A stretch of 64,000 nucleotides of DNA from Squalus acanthias. Taxonomy: Eukaryota. Location: positions 930,001 to 994,000 of the forward strand of contig CM059432.1 of assembly GCA_030390025.1 (NCBI GenBank), given 5' to 3'. The translations under genes and the position numbers were made by a program. Positions 47,436-59,544 of this stretch are shown here, in pieces. The notes below the pieces were generated by a model. That model saw only the letters and a list, made by a program, of their open reading frames with translations. It did no database searches and had not been told where the DNA came from. The first letter of the stretch is position 1, and each line of letters starts with the position of its first letter.

Positions 47436-50400
47436 AGAATCATAGAATGGTTACAGCACAGAAGGAGGCCATTCGGCCCGTCGAGCCCGTGCCGGCTCTC
47501 TGCAAGAGCACTTCAGCTAGTCCCACTCCCCTGCCCTTTCCCCGTAGCCCTGCAAATTTTTTTCCTTCAGGTACTTATCCAATTCCCTTTTGAAAGCCAC
47601 GATTGAGTCTGCCTCCACTGCCCGTTTAGGCAGTGCATTCCAGATCCTCACCACTCGCTGTGTAAAAAAGTTTTTCCTCATGTTGCCTTTGGTTCTTCCG
47701 CCAATCACCTTAAATCTGTGTCGTCTGGTTCTCGACCCTTCCGCCAATGGGAACAGTTTCTCTCTATCTACTCTGTCCAGACCCCTCATGATTTTGATCA
47801 CCTCTATCAAACCTCCTCTCAACTTTCTCTGCTCTAAAGAGAACAACCCCAGCTTCTCCAGTCTATCCACGTAACTGAAGAAGGATTCTCGTAAATCTTT
47901 TCTGCACCCTCTCGAAGGCCTTCACATCCTTCTTGAAGTGCGGTGCCCAGAACTGGATACAATACTCCAGTTGAGGCCGAACCAGTGTTTCATAAAGATT
48001 CATCATAACATCCTTGCTTTTGTACTCTTTGCCTCTATTTATGAAGCCCAGCATCCCATATGCTTTTTCTCAACCTGCCCTGTCATCTTCAATGATTTGT
48101 GCACATATACCCCCAGGTCTTTCTGTTCCTGCACCCCCTTTAGAATTGTACCCTTTAGTTTATATTGCCACTCCTCGTTCTTCCAACCAAATTGTATCAC
48201 TTCTAACTTTTCTGCGTTAGATTTTTCATCTGTCACGTGTCCACCCATTCCACCAGCCTGTCTATGTCCTCTTGAAGTCTATCATAGAAACATAGAAACA
48301 TAGAAGATAGGAGCAGGAGTAGGCCATTCGGCCCCTCGAGCCTGCTCCGCCATTCAATGCGATCATGGCTGATCATCCAAATTCAGTACCCTGTCCCTGC
48401 TTTCTCCCCATATCCCTTGATCCCCTTAGCCTTAAGAAATATATCTAACTCCTTCTTGAATATATTTAATGAATTGGACTCAACTGTCTTCTGTGGTAGA
48501 GAATTCCACAGGTTCACCACTCTCTGGGTGAAGAAATTCCTCCTCATCTCAGCCCTAAATGGCTTACCCCTTATCCTTAGACTGTGACCCCTGGTTCTGG
48601 ACTCCCCCACCATCGGGAACATCCTTCCTGCATCTAATAAATTGACCCTTAGTGTTAGGGGGGGGATTAAATATGTGGGGTTATGGGGATAGGATGGGAT
48701 ATGTTAGGGGGAATTAAATACGTGGGGTTACGGGGGTAGGGTGGGATATGTGTACTGTGGGGATTAAAGCAGGGACAGGGTACTGGATTTGGATGATCAG
48801 CCATGATCGTATTGAATGGTGGAGCAGGCTCGACGGGCTGAATGGCCTACTCCTGCTCCTAGATTCTATGTTTCTATGTTTCTATAGTCTGTCTAGTCAT
48901 GTTAGAATTTTATAAGTTTCAATGAGATCCCCTCTCATTCTTCCAAACTTTAGCGAATACAAGCCCAATCGACCCAATCTCTCTTCATACGTCATTATCA
49001 GTCTGGTGAATCTTCGCTGCACGCCCTCCATGGCAAGAACATCCTTTCTCAGATAAGGCGACCAAAACTGCACACAATACTCAAGGTGTGGTCTCACCAA
49101 GGACCTGTACAACTGCAGCAAGACATCCTTGCTCCTGTACTCGAATCCTCTCGCTATGAAGGCCAACATACCATTTCCCTTCTTAACCGCCTGCTGCACC
49201 TGCATGCTTACCTTCAGCGACTGGTGCACAAGGACACCCAGGTCTCGTTGCACTTCCCCTTTTCCTAATCTATTGCCGTTCAGATAATAATCTGTCTTCC
49301 TGTTTTTGCCACCAAAGTGGATAACCTTGCATTTATCCACATTATACCGCATCTGCCATGCATCTGCCCAATCACCCAACCTGTCCAAATCATACTGGAG
49401 TTTCTCGGCATCCTCCTCACAGCACACACGCCCACCCAGCTTTGTGTCATCTGCAAACTTGGAGATATTACATCTAGTTCCCTCGTCTAGATCATTAATA
49501 TATGATGGCCCAAAAATTAGTGCCGCTACGCGAGAGTACGCACTGTGTACTCTCGCGTATTCTGTCTCCAATTGCCGGTTTTCTGCATGCACTGCGCATG
49601 CGCTGAAAACCGGCACTTGGTGAATTCAAAAGGGGGCGGTTCCTAGGTGAACCGCGTGCGCGCTACAGGCTGCGCGCACGCAGTGCACTTAGTGCTTTGG
49701 ACGCGCAGGTAAGCATGGAAGATTTTAGACATAAAGAAAGGAGGTGTAAGACCCTCTTTTAACAAGGTAAGTACTTAATTAAGTATTATTTTGAATTTTT
49801 TTTAACAGGTATATCTTTTTGTCACTTAGCCAATTTCATATCCATGCTGCCACTGTCCATTTTATTCCATGGGCTTCAACTGGCAAGCCTATTATGTGGC
49901 ACTTTATCAAATGCCTTTTGGAAGTCCATGTACACCACATCAACCGCATTGCCCTCATCAACCCTCTCTGTTACCTCATCAAAAAAACTCAACCAAGTTA
50001 TTAAACACGATTTGCCTTCAACAAATCCGTGCTGGCTTTCCTTAATTAATCCAAACTTGTCCAAGTGACTGTTAATTTTGTACCGCATTATCGTTTCTAA
50101 AAGCTTCCCCACTACCAAGGTTAAACTGACTGGCCTGTAGTTGCTGCATTTATCCTTAAACAGTTTTTTGAACAAGGGTGTAACATTTGCAATTCTCCAG
50201 TCCTCCGGCACCATCCCCGTATCTAAGGAGGATTGGAAGATTATGGCCAGTACCTCCTCAGTTTCCACCTTTACTTCCCTCAGCATTCTAGGATGCATCC
50301 CATGCGGTCCTGGTGACTTATCTACGTTAAGTACAGCCAGCGTTTCTAGTACCTCCTCTTTATCAATTTTTATCCCATCTAGTAATTCCACTACCTCCAC

Positions 50401-52500
50401 TTTCACTATTTTTTGCCTTTTTCGCTTCCTCTCTGAACTTCCTGTATTCAGCCTGGTTCTCACTTGTATTCTCAATCTGGAATTTGTCTTACACCCGCTT
50501 TTTCTGCTTCATCTTACTCTCTATCTCTTTCATCATCCAGGGAGCTCTGGCTTTGGTTGTTCTACCTTTCCCCTTCGTGGGAATGTACCTTGACTGTACC
50601 CGAACCATCTCCTCTTTAAAGGCAGCCCATTGTTCGATTACAGTTTTGCCTGCCAATCTTTGATTCCAATTTACCTGGGCCAGATCTGTTCTCAACCCAC
50701 TGAAATTGGCCCTCCTCCAATTAAGTATTTTTACTCTAGATTGCTCCCTGTCCTTTTCCATAGCTAATCTAAACCTTATGATACTATGATCACTGTTCCC
50801 TAAATGTTCACCTACTGACACTTGCTCCACTTGACCCACCTCATTCCCCAGACTAGATCCAGCAATGCCTCCTTCCTCGTTGGGCCAGAAACATACTGAT
50901 CAAGAAAGTTCTCCTGATCACACTTAAGAAATTCTTTCCCCTCTCTGCCCTTTACACTATTACTATCCCAGTCTACATTAGCATAATAGAAGTCGCTCAT
51001 TATCACTACTCTATAGTTCTTGCACCTCTCTGTAATTTCCCTGAAAATTTGCTCATCTATATCCTTCCCACTAGTTGGTGGCCTATAAAATACACCTAGT
51101 AGTGTAATGGCACCTCTATTGTTTCTCAACTCTAACCAAATAGATTCTGTCCTTGACCCCTCCAGGACATCCTCCCTCTCCAGCACTGTAACATTCTCCT
51201 TAACCAATACTGCCACCCCACCTCCTTTCTTTCCTTCCCTATCTTTCCTGAACACCTTATAACCAGGAATATTTAGTACCCAGTCGTGCCCTTTTTTGAG
51301 TCAGGTCTCCATTTTTTCCATGACATCATATTCCCATGTGGCTATTTGCACCTGCAGCTCACCAACCTTATTTACAGTGCTTCGTGACCTTATATTCTCT
51401 CTTAATCTGACGCCACCTAATACCGTACTATTTCTTACTCTAGTGCTCTCTGTCTCTCCCAATCCTTTGTGCACCTTGTTTCTCCTTTCTAATACTACAT
51501 CCTGGTGCCCATCCCCCTGCCAAATTAGTTTGAACCTTCCCCAACAGCACTAGCAAACCCCCCCACAAGGATATTGGTCCCGGCTCTGTTGAGGTGCAAC
51601 CCGTCTGGCCTGTAAGGGTCCCACCTCCCCCAGAACCGGTCCCAATGTCCCAGGAATCTAAAGCCCTCCCTCTTGTACCATCTCTCCAGCCACACATTCA
51701 TCTGCTCTATCATGCTATTTTTATACTCACTTGCGCGTGGGCACCGGGAGTAATTCAGAGATTACTACCTTTTGAGGTCCTGCTTTTTAATCTATTTCCT
51801 AGCTCCCTAAAATCTGCCTGCAGGACCTCATCCCTCTTTCTACCTATGTCGTTGATAACGATATGGACCACGACCTCTGGCTGTTCACCCTCCCCCCTCA
51901 GAATGTCCTGCAGCCACTCAGTGACACCATTGACCCTGGCACCAGGGAGGCAACATACCATCCTGGAATCATGTCTGTGGCTGCAGATATGCCTGTCTGT
52001 TCCCCTAACTATTGAATCTCCTATCACTATTGCTTTCCCGATCTTCCTCCTTCCCCCTTGTACAGCTGAGAAACCCATGGTGCCGTGGTCTTGGCTCTGG
52101 CTGTACTCCCCAGAGGAACCATCGCCCTCACCCGTATCCGGTTAGAGAGTGAGATGCTCTCAGGGGACTCCTGCACTACCTGCCTAGTCCTCCTTGTCTT
52201 TCTGGTGGTCACCCATTCCCTCTCTGCTTGTACACTTTTATTATGCGGAGTGACCACCTCCAGAAACGTGCTATCCACGTAGCTCTCAGCCTCACGGATG
52301 CACCGCAGTGACGCCAGCTGCTGCTCAAGCTCTGAAACCCGGAGCTCGAGCTCCTCCAGCTGATGACACTTCCTGCACTTGTGGTTGTCAAGGACACGGG
52401 AAGCGTCCTGGAGTTCCCACATGGCACAAGATGTGCATTCCACGGGACTGAGGTGCCCTGGCATGCCTCTATTTAATAGACTATTAACTAACTTCACAGA
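47436..52500 (-). mobile_element. Degenerate near-full-length CR1 (ORF1 zinc finger/zipper + SGNH esterase, endonuclease, RT, 3' UTR) with nested insertions at about 48283-49815
   Basis: ECTSC...KCRKC...LEELELRVSELE (52027-52497); IVIGDSIVRG (51755-52078); GVFYRPP (50812-51255); YMDFQKAFD (49876-50475). Confidence 0.88.
48637..48885 (+). mobile_element. 5'-truncated SINE-like insert with a CR1-derived tail (HE1/V-SINE-like)
   Basis: taaattgacccttagtgt...; ends (ttctatgt)n; splits CR1 gcatcta|gtctgtc. Confidence 0.55.
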
Positions 52501-52795
52501 AATAAACTCTCAAGACTTAAAAAGCGCTTAGATAAAGAAAGAAAGACTTGCATTTATATAGCGCCTTTCACAACCTCAGAACATCCCAAAGCGCTTCACA
52601 ACCAATGAAGTACTTTTGAAGTGTAGTCATGCGAGAGAGTTAAGGGCAGCTAGATAAGTACATGAGGGGAAAAGGAATAGAAGGTTATGCTGGTGAGATG
52701 AAGTGAGGTGGGAGGAGGCTCGTGTTTAGCATAAACACCGGCATGGACCAGTTGTGCCAAATTCTACGTAATCTTGTGTAATTCTGTCTTTTCAG

Positions 52796-53007
52796 TCCAG
52801 CTACATCATCCAAATTCTGTACGGACTCTGTTAAGTCACTCGTGGCATTCTACAATAATGGAGCTCTACCCTGCCAGTGTAATGGAGAAGGTGCCACCAG
52901 CTCTGCGTGTAATCCACTTGGAGGCCAGTGTTCCTGCCGGCCAAATGTTATTGGACGTCGATGTGACAAATGTGCCACTGGTTATTATATGTTTCCCAAT
53001 TGTCGAC
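52796..53007 (+). CDS. LAMA3: LAMA3 exon P: PATSSKFCTDSVKSLVAFYNNGALPCQCNGEGATSSACNPLGGQCSCRPNVIGRRCDKCATGYYMFPNCR
   Basis: tttcag|T...C|gtaagt; 212 nt, phase 2->1; complete LE repeat. Confidence 0.95.
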
Positions 53008-54197
53008 GTAAGTTGGCATTTGTACAATTGCAAAGTAACCTGGCAGGAAAATTATATTACGCACTTTGATACATTTTGACAACATAACAAGGCAGATTAA
53101 TTCTATATAGTTGTAAATTTATGTTCCATTTTTGGGGCTGAAATTGTCACAGACACAAGTCACATCCTGTATTGACCTCTTTTATTGAGGCAGTTGTACC
53201 AAAGCCAGTAGACACCGCAGCACCACCATACCAGTGCAATCCTATTGTCTATCGCTGTCAGTTCTGCCTCCCCTCCTCCGATGCTGTGATTATAGAATCA
53301 TAGAATGATACAGCACAGAAGGAGGCCTTTTTTTTTATTCGTTCATGGGATGCGGGCGTCGCTGGCAAGGCCATAATTAATTGCCAATCCCTAATTGCCC
53401 TTGAGGTGGTGAGCCGCCTTCTTGAACCGCTGCTGTCCGTGTGGTGAAGGTGCTCCCACAGTGCTGTTAGGGAGGCAGTTCCAGGATTTTGACTGAGCGT
53501 CGATGAAGGAACGGCCGATATACTTCCAAGTCAGGATGGTGTGTGACTTGGAGGAGAACTTGCAAGTGGTGGTGTTCCCATGCGTTTGCTGCCTTTGTCC
53601 TTCTATGTGGTAGGGGTCACGGGTTTGGGAGGTACTGTCAAAGAAAGCCCATCATGCCTGTGCCAGCTCTTTGAAAGAGCTATTCAATTAGTCCCACACC
53701 CACTGCTCTTTCCCAATAGCCCTGCAAAATTATTCTTTTCAAATATTTATCCAATTCCAATTTTCATATAATCAAATAGCATTCTGATCTATGGCACAAT
53801 AACATACATACCAATAGTCAGTATTTTGAGGGGTCTAGTCAGCATTTGGTGACAATAATCAGAAAAGATCAGACCCCTTTCCTCTCAGAACCAATCTACC
53901 CAATACAAATGCTAATCCAAGAGGGCTTGGCCACGACATACTGTATGGATAGCAATGAAGGGCAGACACAGACTGGTTGGGCCGAATGGCCTGTTTCTAT
54001 CTTGTAACTTCTATGTATTTCTATATAAATTTTTTAAAGAATATGCGTTACCAAATCATGTCCGTGCTATTTGGTATCATTTTGTCTACCCCTTTGTATC
54101 AATTGAAACGCTATATAGCTTTTACGTGCTAAACTAAAAATATTTAATTGGGGAAAAATAGAACCAAACCGCTCTCATTTTTTTCTTTTATCTTAAG

Positions 54198-54402
54198 CTT
54201 GCAACTGTGGCAGGCGCCTGTGTGATGAGGTCATGGGTCGATGCATCTGCCCTCCTCAAACTGTTAAGCCTACGTGCGAGACATGTGAGAAACAGACCTT
54301 CAGTTACCATCCTTTGGCTGGCTGTGAAAAGTGCAACTGCTCACGAGAAGGAATCATCAAACCTGCAAACCCAGACTGCAACCGACAAACCGGGCAGTGT
54401 CG
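54198..54402 (+). CDS. LAMA3: LAMA3 exon Q: CNCGRRLCDEVMGRCICPPQTVKPTCETCEKQTFSYHPLAGCEKCNCSREGIIKPANPDCNRQTGQC
   Basis: cttaag|CT...CG|gtaagt; 205 nt, phase 1->2; LE repeats. Confidence 0.95.
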
Positions 54403-54466
54403 GTAAGTAGAGCTATATTGAGCTTCACTCTCACTTCTCACTGGCTTCCCTGAAATAGCTAGCAAC

Positions 54467-54860
54467 GAACAACAACAGCGACTTGCATTTACATTGCGCC
54501 TTTAACGGAGTGAAACGTCCCCAGGGCGCTTCACAGGAGTATTATCAGACAAAATTTGACACCAAGCCACATAAGGAGATATCATGACAACTTGGTCAAA
54601 GAGGTAGGCCTTAAGGAGCGTCTTAAAGGAGGAGAGAGAGATAGAGAGGCGGAGAGGGTTGGGGAGGGAATTCCAGAGCTTGGGACCCAGGCAGCTGAAG
54701 GCACAGCTGACAATGGTTGAGCGATTAAAATCGGGGGATGTGCAAGAGGCCAGAATTGGAGGAGATGCAGAGATCTCAGAGGGTTGTAGGGCTGGAGGAG
54801 GTTACAGAGATAGGAAGGGGCGAGGCCATGGAGAGATTTGGAAAGAAGATTGAGAATTTT
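54467..54860 (-). mobile_element. L2 3' fragment
   Basis: KSLHGLAPSYLCNLL peptide; (aac)n tail. Confidence 0.82.
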
Positions 54861-55319
54861 AGAAGGTTTTCGGGGCGAGAGTGACCCGCTCATGTTATCT
54901 CCAGGCCGTTCGAGATTGATCGCCTCGCGACCTTGTGACAGGTTGTATCTCTCTCTTATATTACTATGCTGTCGGTATTTTAACTCTTTACTTCTTGTAT
55001 TGTAGCTGTTTTTATAACTGTGATAGAACATACTTTGTACAAGGCTCCCTCTAGTCTCTCAGTACCAAAGACCGAATCTGATATAAATTACTCGCACATG
55101 CAGTACTGAGGCCCTGGGGAAAACGGCAGTGGATGGGGGCAGGAACCGAGTTAAAATCAGTCATTTTGATTCTTACATTTCACACTACTAAAAGTTTACA
55201 ATATTTATCAAAAGATAAATTAAAATTACTGAATTTTTAAAAACACAATGGGTTAATTTTAACCCCAAAAATGGAGGGTTTGGGTCGGGTGGGAAGTTAA
55301 ATCTTTAAAAATTTCCTCC

Positions 55320-58300
55320 AATAGAATCATAGAATGGTTACCGCACAGACAGGGGCAATTCGGCCCGTCGAGCCCGTGCCGGCTCTCTGCAAGAGCACTT
55401 CAGCTAGTCCCACTGCCCTGCCCTTTCCCCGTAGCCCTGCAAATTTTTTTCCTTCAGGTACTTATCCAATTCCCTTTTGAAAGCCACGATTAAGTCTGCC
55501 TCCACCATCCTTTCAGGCAGTGCATTCCAGATCCTAACCACTCGCTGCATAAAAAAGTTGTTTCTCATGTCGTCTTTGGTTCTTTTGCCAATCACCTTAA
55601 ATCTCTGTCCTCTGGTTCTCGACCCTTCCGCCAACGGGAACGGTTTCTCTCTAGCTACTCTGTCTAGACCCATCATGATTTTGAACACCTCTATCAAACC
55701 TACTCTCAATCTTCTCTGCTCTACGGAGAACAACCCCAGCCTCTCCAGTCTATCCACTTAACTGAAGTCTCTCATCCCTGGAACCATTCTTGTAAATTTT
55801 TTCTGCACCCTCTCTAAGGCCTTCCCATCCTTCCTAAAGTGCGGTGACCAGCATTGGACACAATAATCCAGTTGAGGCCGAACCAGTGTTTTATAAAGGT
55901 TCATCATAACTTCCTTGCTTTTCTACTCTATGTCTCTATTTATGAAGCCCAGGATCCCGTATGCTTTTTTAACTGCTTTCTCAACCTGCCCTGCCACCTT
56001 CAACAATTGTGCACGTATACCCCCAGGTCTCTCTGTTCATGCACCCCCTTTAGGATTGTACCCTTTAGTTTATATTTCCTCTCCTCGTTCTTCCTACCAA
56101 AATGTATCACTTTGCGCTTTTCTGCGTGAAATTTCATCTGCCACCTGTCTGCCCATTTCACCAGCCTGTCTATGTCCTTTTGAAGTCTATCACTATCTTC
56201 CTCACTGTTCACTATACTTCCAAGTTTTGTGTCATCTGCAAATTTTGAAACTGCACCCTGTACACCCAAGTCCAAGTCATTAATATATATCAAGAAAAGC
56301 AGTGGTCCTAGTACCGACCCCTGGGGAACACCACTGTATACCTTCCTCCAGTCCGAAAAACAACCGTTCACCACTACTCTCTGTTTCCTGTCACTTAGCC
56401 AATTTCGTATCCATGCTGCCACTGTTCCTTTTATTCCATGGGCTTCAACTTGGCAGGCAAGCCTGTTATATAGCACTTTATCAAACGCCTTTTGGAAGTC
56501 CATGTATACCACGTCAACTGCATTGCCCTTATCAACCCTCTCTGTTACCTCATCAAAAAACTCAATCAAGTTAGTTAAACATGATTTGCCTTTAACAAAT
56601 CCATGCTGGCTTTCCTTAATTAATCCACACTTGTCCAAGTGACTGATAATTTTGTTCCAGATTATCGTTTCTAAAAGCTTCCCCACTACCAAGGTTAAAC
56701 TGACTGGCCTGTAGTTGCTGGGTTTATCCTTACACCCTTTTTTGAACAAGGGTATAACATTTGCAATTCTCCAGTCCTCTGACACCACCCCCATATCTAT
56801 GGAGGATTGGAAGATTATGGCCAGTACCTCCGCGATTTCCACCTTAACTTCCCTCAGCATCCTAGGATGTATCGCATCCAGTCCTCGTGACTTATCTACT
56901 TTAAGTACAGCCAGCCTTTCTAGTACCTCCTCTATCAATTTTTATCCCATCCAGTATCTCCACTACCTCCTCTTTCACTATGACTTCGGCAGCATATTCT
57001 TCCTTGGTGAAGACAGATGCAAAGTACTCATTTAGTACCTCAGCCATGCCCTCTGCCTCCATGCATAGGTGTCCTGTTTGGTCCCTAATTGGCCCCACCC
57101 CTCCTCTTACTACCCGTTTATTATTTATATGCCTATAGAAGACTTTTGGATTACCTTTTATGTTAGCTGCCATTCTATTCTCATACTCCCTTTGCCCCTC
57201 TTATTTTCTTTTACACTTCCCCTCTGAACTTTCTATATTCAGCCTGATTCTCACTTGTATTCTCAACCTGACATCTGTCATACACGCTCTTTTTCTGCTT
57301 CATTTTACTCTCTATCTCTTTGATCATCCAGGGAGCTCTGACTTTGGTTGCCCTACCTTTCCCTCTCGTGGGAATGTACGTTGACTGTATCCAAACCATC
57401 TCCTCTTTAAAGGCAGCCCATTGTTCGATTACAGTTTTGCTTGCCAATCTTTGATTCCAATTTACCCGGGCCAGATCCGTTCTCAACCCACTGAAATTGG
57501 CCCTCCTCCAATTAAGTATTTTTACTCTAGATTGCTCCCTGTACTTTTCCATAGCTAATCTAAACCTTATGATACTATGATCACTGTTCCCTAAATGTTC
57601 ACCTACTGACACTTGCTCCACTTGCCCCACCTCATTCCCGAGAACCAGATCCAGCAATGCCTCCTTCCTTGTTGGGCCGGAAATGTACTGATCAAGAAAG
57701 TTCTCCTGAACACACTTCAGAAATTCATCCCCCTCTCTGCCCTTTACACTATTACTACCACAGTCTATATTAGGATAGTTGAAGTCCCGCATTATCACTA
57801 CCCTATAGTTCTTGAATTTCTCTGTAATTTCCCTGAAAATTTGCTCCTCTATATCCTTCCCACTAGTTGGTGGCCTATAGAATACACCTAGTAGTGTAAT
57901 GGCACCTCTATTGTTTCTCAACTCTAACCAAATAGATTCTGTCCTTGACCCCTCCAGGACATCCTCTCTCTCCAACACTGTAACATTCTCCTTAATCAAT
58001 ACTGCCACCCCACCTCCTTTCTTTCCTTCACTATCTTTCCTGAACACCTTATATCCAGGAATATTTAAAACCCAATCCTGCCCTTTTTTGAGCCAGGTCT
58101 CAGTTATCACCACATCAAATTCCCATGTGGCTATTTGCGCCTGCAGCTCACCAACTTATTTACCACACTTCGTGCGTTTACACACATGCACTGTAAACCT
58201 ATCTCAGACCTTCTTTTATTCTCTCTTAGTCTGACCCCACCTAATACCGTACTATTTCTTACTTTAGTGCTATCTGTCTCTCCCAATCCTTTGTGCACTT

Positions 58301-58865
58301 TGTTTCCCCCTTCTAATGCTACATCCTGGTTCCCATCCCCTTGCCAAATTAGTTTAAACCCTCCCCAACAGCACTAGCAAACCGCCCCCCCCCTCCCCCC
58401 ACCCCGCGAGGATATTGGTTCCAGCTCTGTTGAGGTGCAACCTGTCTGGCCTGTACAGGTCCCACCTCCCCTGAACCGGTCCCATTGTCCCAGGAATCTA
58501 AAGCCCTCCCTCCTGCACCATCTCTCTAGCCACGCATTCATCTGCTCTATCCTCCTATTTCTATACTCACTAGCTCATGGCACCGGGAGTAATCTCTTTC
58601 CTAGCTTCCTAAAATCTGCCTGCAGGACCTCATCCCTCTTTCGACCTATGTCGTTCCCTCTCTGCCTGCACACTCTTACGCTGTGGGGTGACCACCTCCT
58701 GAAACGTGCTATCCATATAGCTCTCAGCCTCACGGATGCACCGCAGTGATACCAGGTGTTGCTCAAGCTCTGAAACCCGGAGCTCGACCTCCTCCAGCCG
58801 ACGACACTTCCTGCGCTTGTGGTTGTCCAGGAAACGGGAAGCTTCCTGGAGTTCCCACATGGCAT
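55320..58865 (-). mobile_element. Near-full-length degenerate CR1 LINE
   Basis: RT ORF 56000-56938, endonuclease ORF 57211-58113 (ITETW, YRPP, SDH), deleted ORF1 58435-58860, tail atagaatcatagaat. Confidence 0.93.
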
Positions 58866-59273
58866 CCCACCCGCCTCCTCCAGTGCTGGCGACTCCTTCC
58901 AGGTCCGCCTCTGCGAACCCAAGCCCTATCCAATTTTAACGGAGGCGGGTGACCAATCCATCCCAGGCGGCGGGTCGGTCGGTAAAGACTTTTTAAGGAG
59001 GCTACGTGCCTCCATTCTTACAGGATTTCTATTTTAACTCGATCGGCTTCGAGAGCCGGCAGGTAAAAGAAGGCGAGACGGGCCAGATCCATCAGCTATC
59101 TGCCTTTGCAGCACTGCTTGTGGGCCAAGAGGGGCAGGAGTGTTTCCCCGCGGCCCAACAAGCTTACCTTGTGAAATCCAACCCACCGCGATCTGTCCGA
59201 CCCCCACCACCACGATCCCTGACCCCCAACCCCCGCAACCACCGACAGCCCCTCAGTCTTGATCTCCCACCAC

Positions 59274-59407
59274 CAATGTTCCTGTTAAGCTGAGCAGCCG
59301 CCTGGAGGTCACGCGCAGGCCGCTTAGCGGCTGTTAATTTGAAAAATCGCGCATGCGTGGAAATTTGAATGGGCCGCGCACCCAAAAGAGAGTAAGAGGG
59401 AACATTG
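59274..59407. mobile_element. hAT-type MITE (134 bp), related to 4357-4489
   Basis: CAATGTTCC / GGGAACATTG; flanks cccaccac / tcgaccac. Confidence 0.68.
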
Positions 59408-59471
59408 TCGACCACTATTCCAGCCCCCCCCACGACGCGATCTGTCCCACCCCCCCACGACTTCTACCCCT

Positions 59472-59472
<1 letters not shown>

Positions 59473-59529
<57 letters not shown>
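59473..59529. repeat. (CA)n microsatellite
   Basis: direct inspection. Confidence 0.97.
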
Positions 59530-59532
<3 letters not shown>

Positions 59533-59544
59533 ACCTACCTTGTA

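Noticed and set aside
3015..54402. Gene as LAMA5
   Set aside because: Most exons ([37 protein letters not shown]) resemble recalled LAMA3 more closely. Not confirmed by a search.
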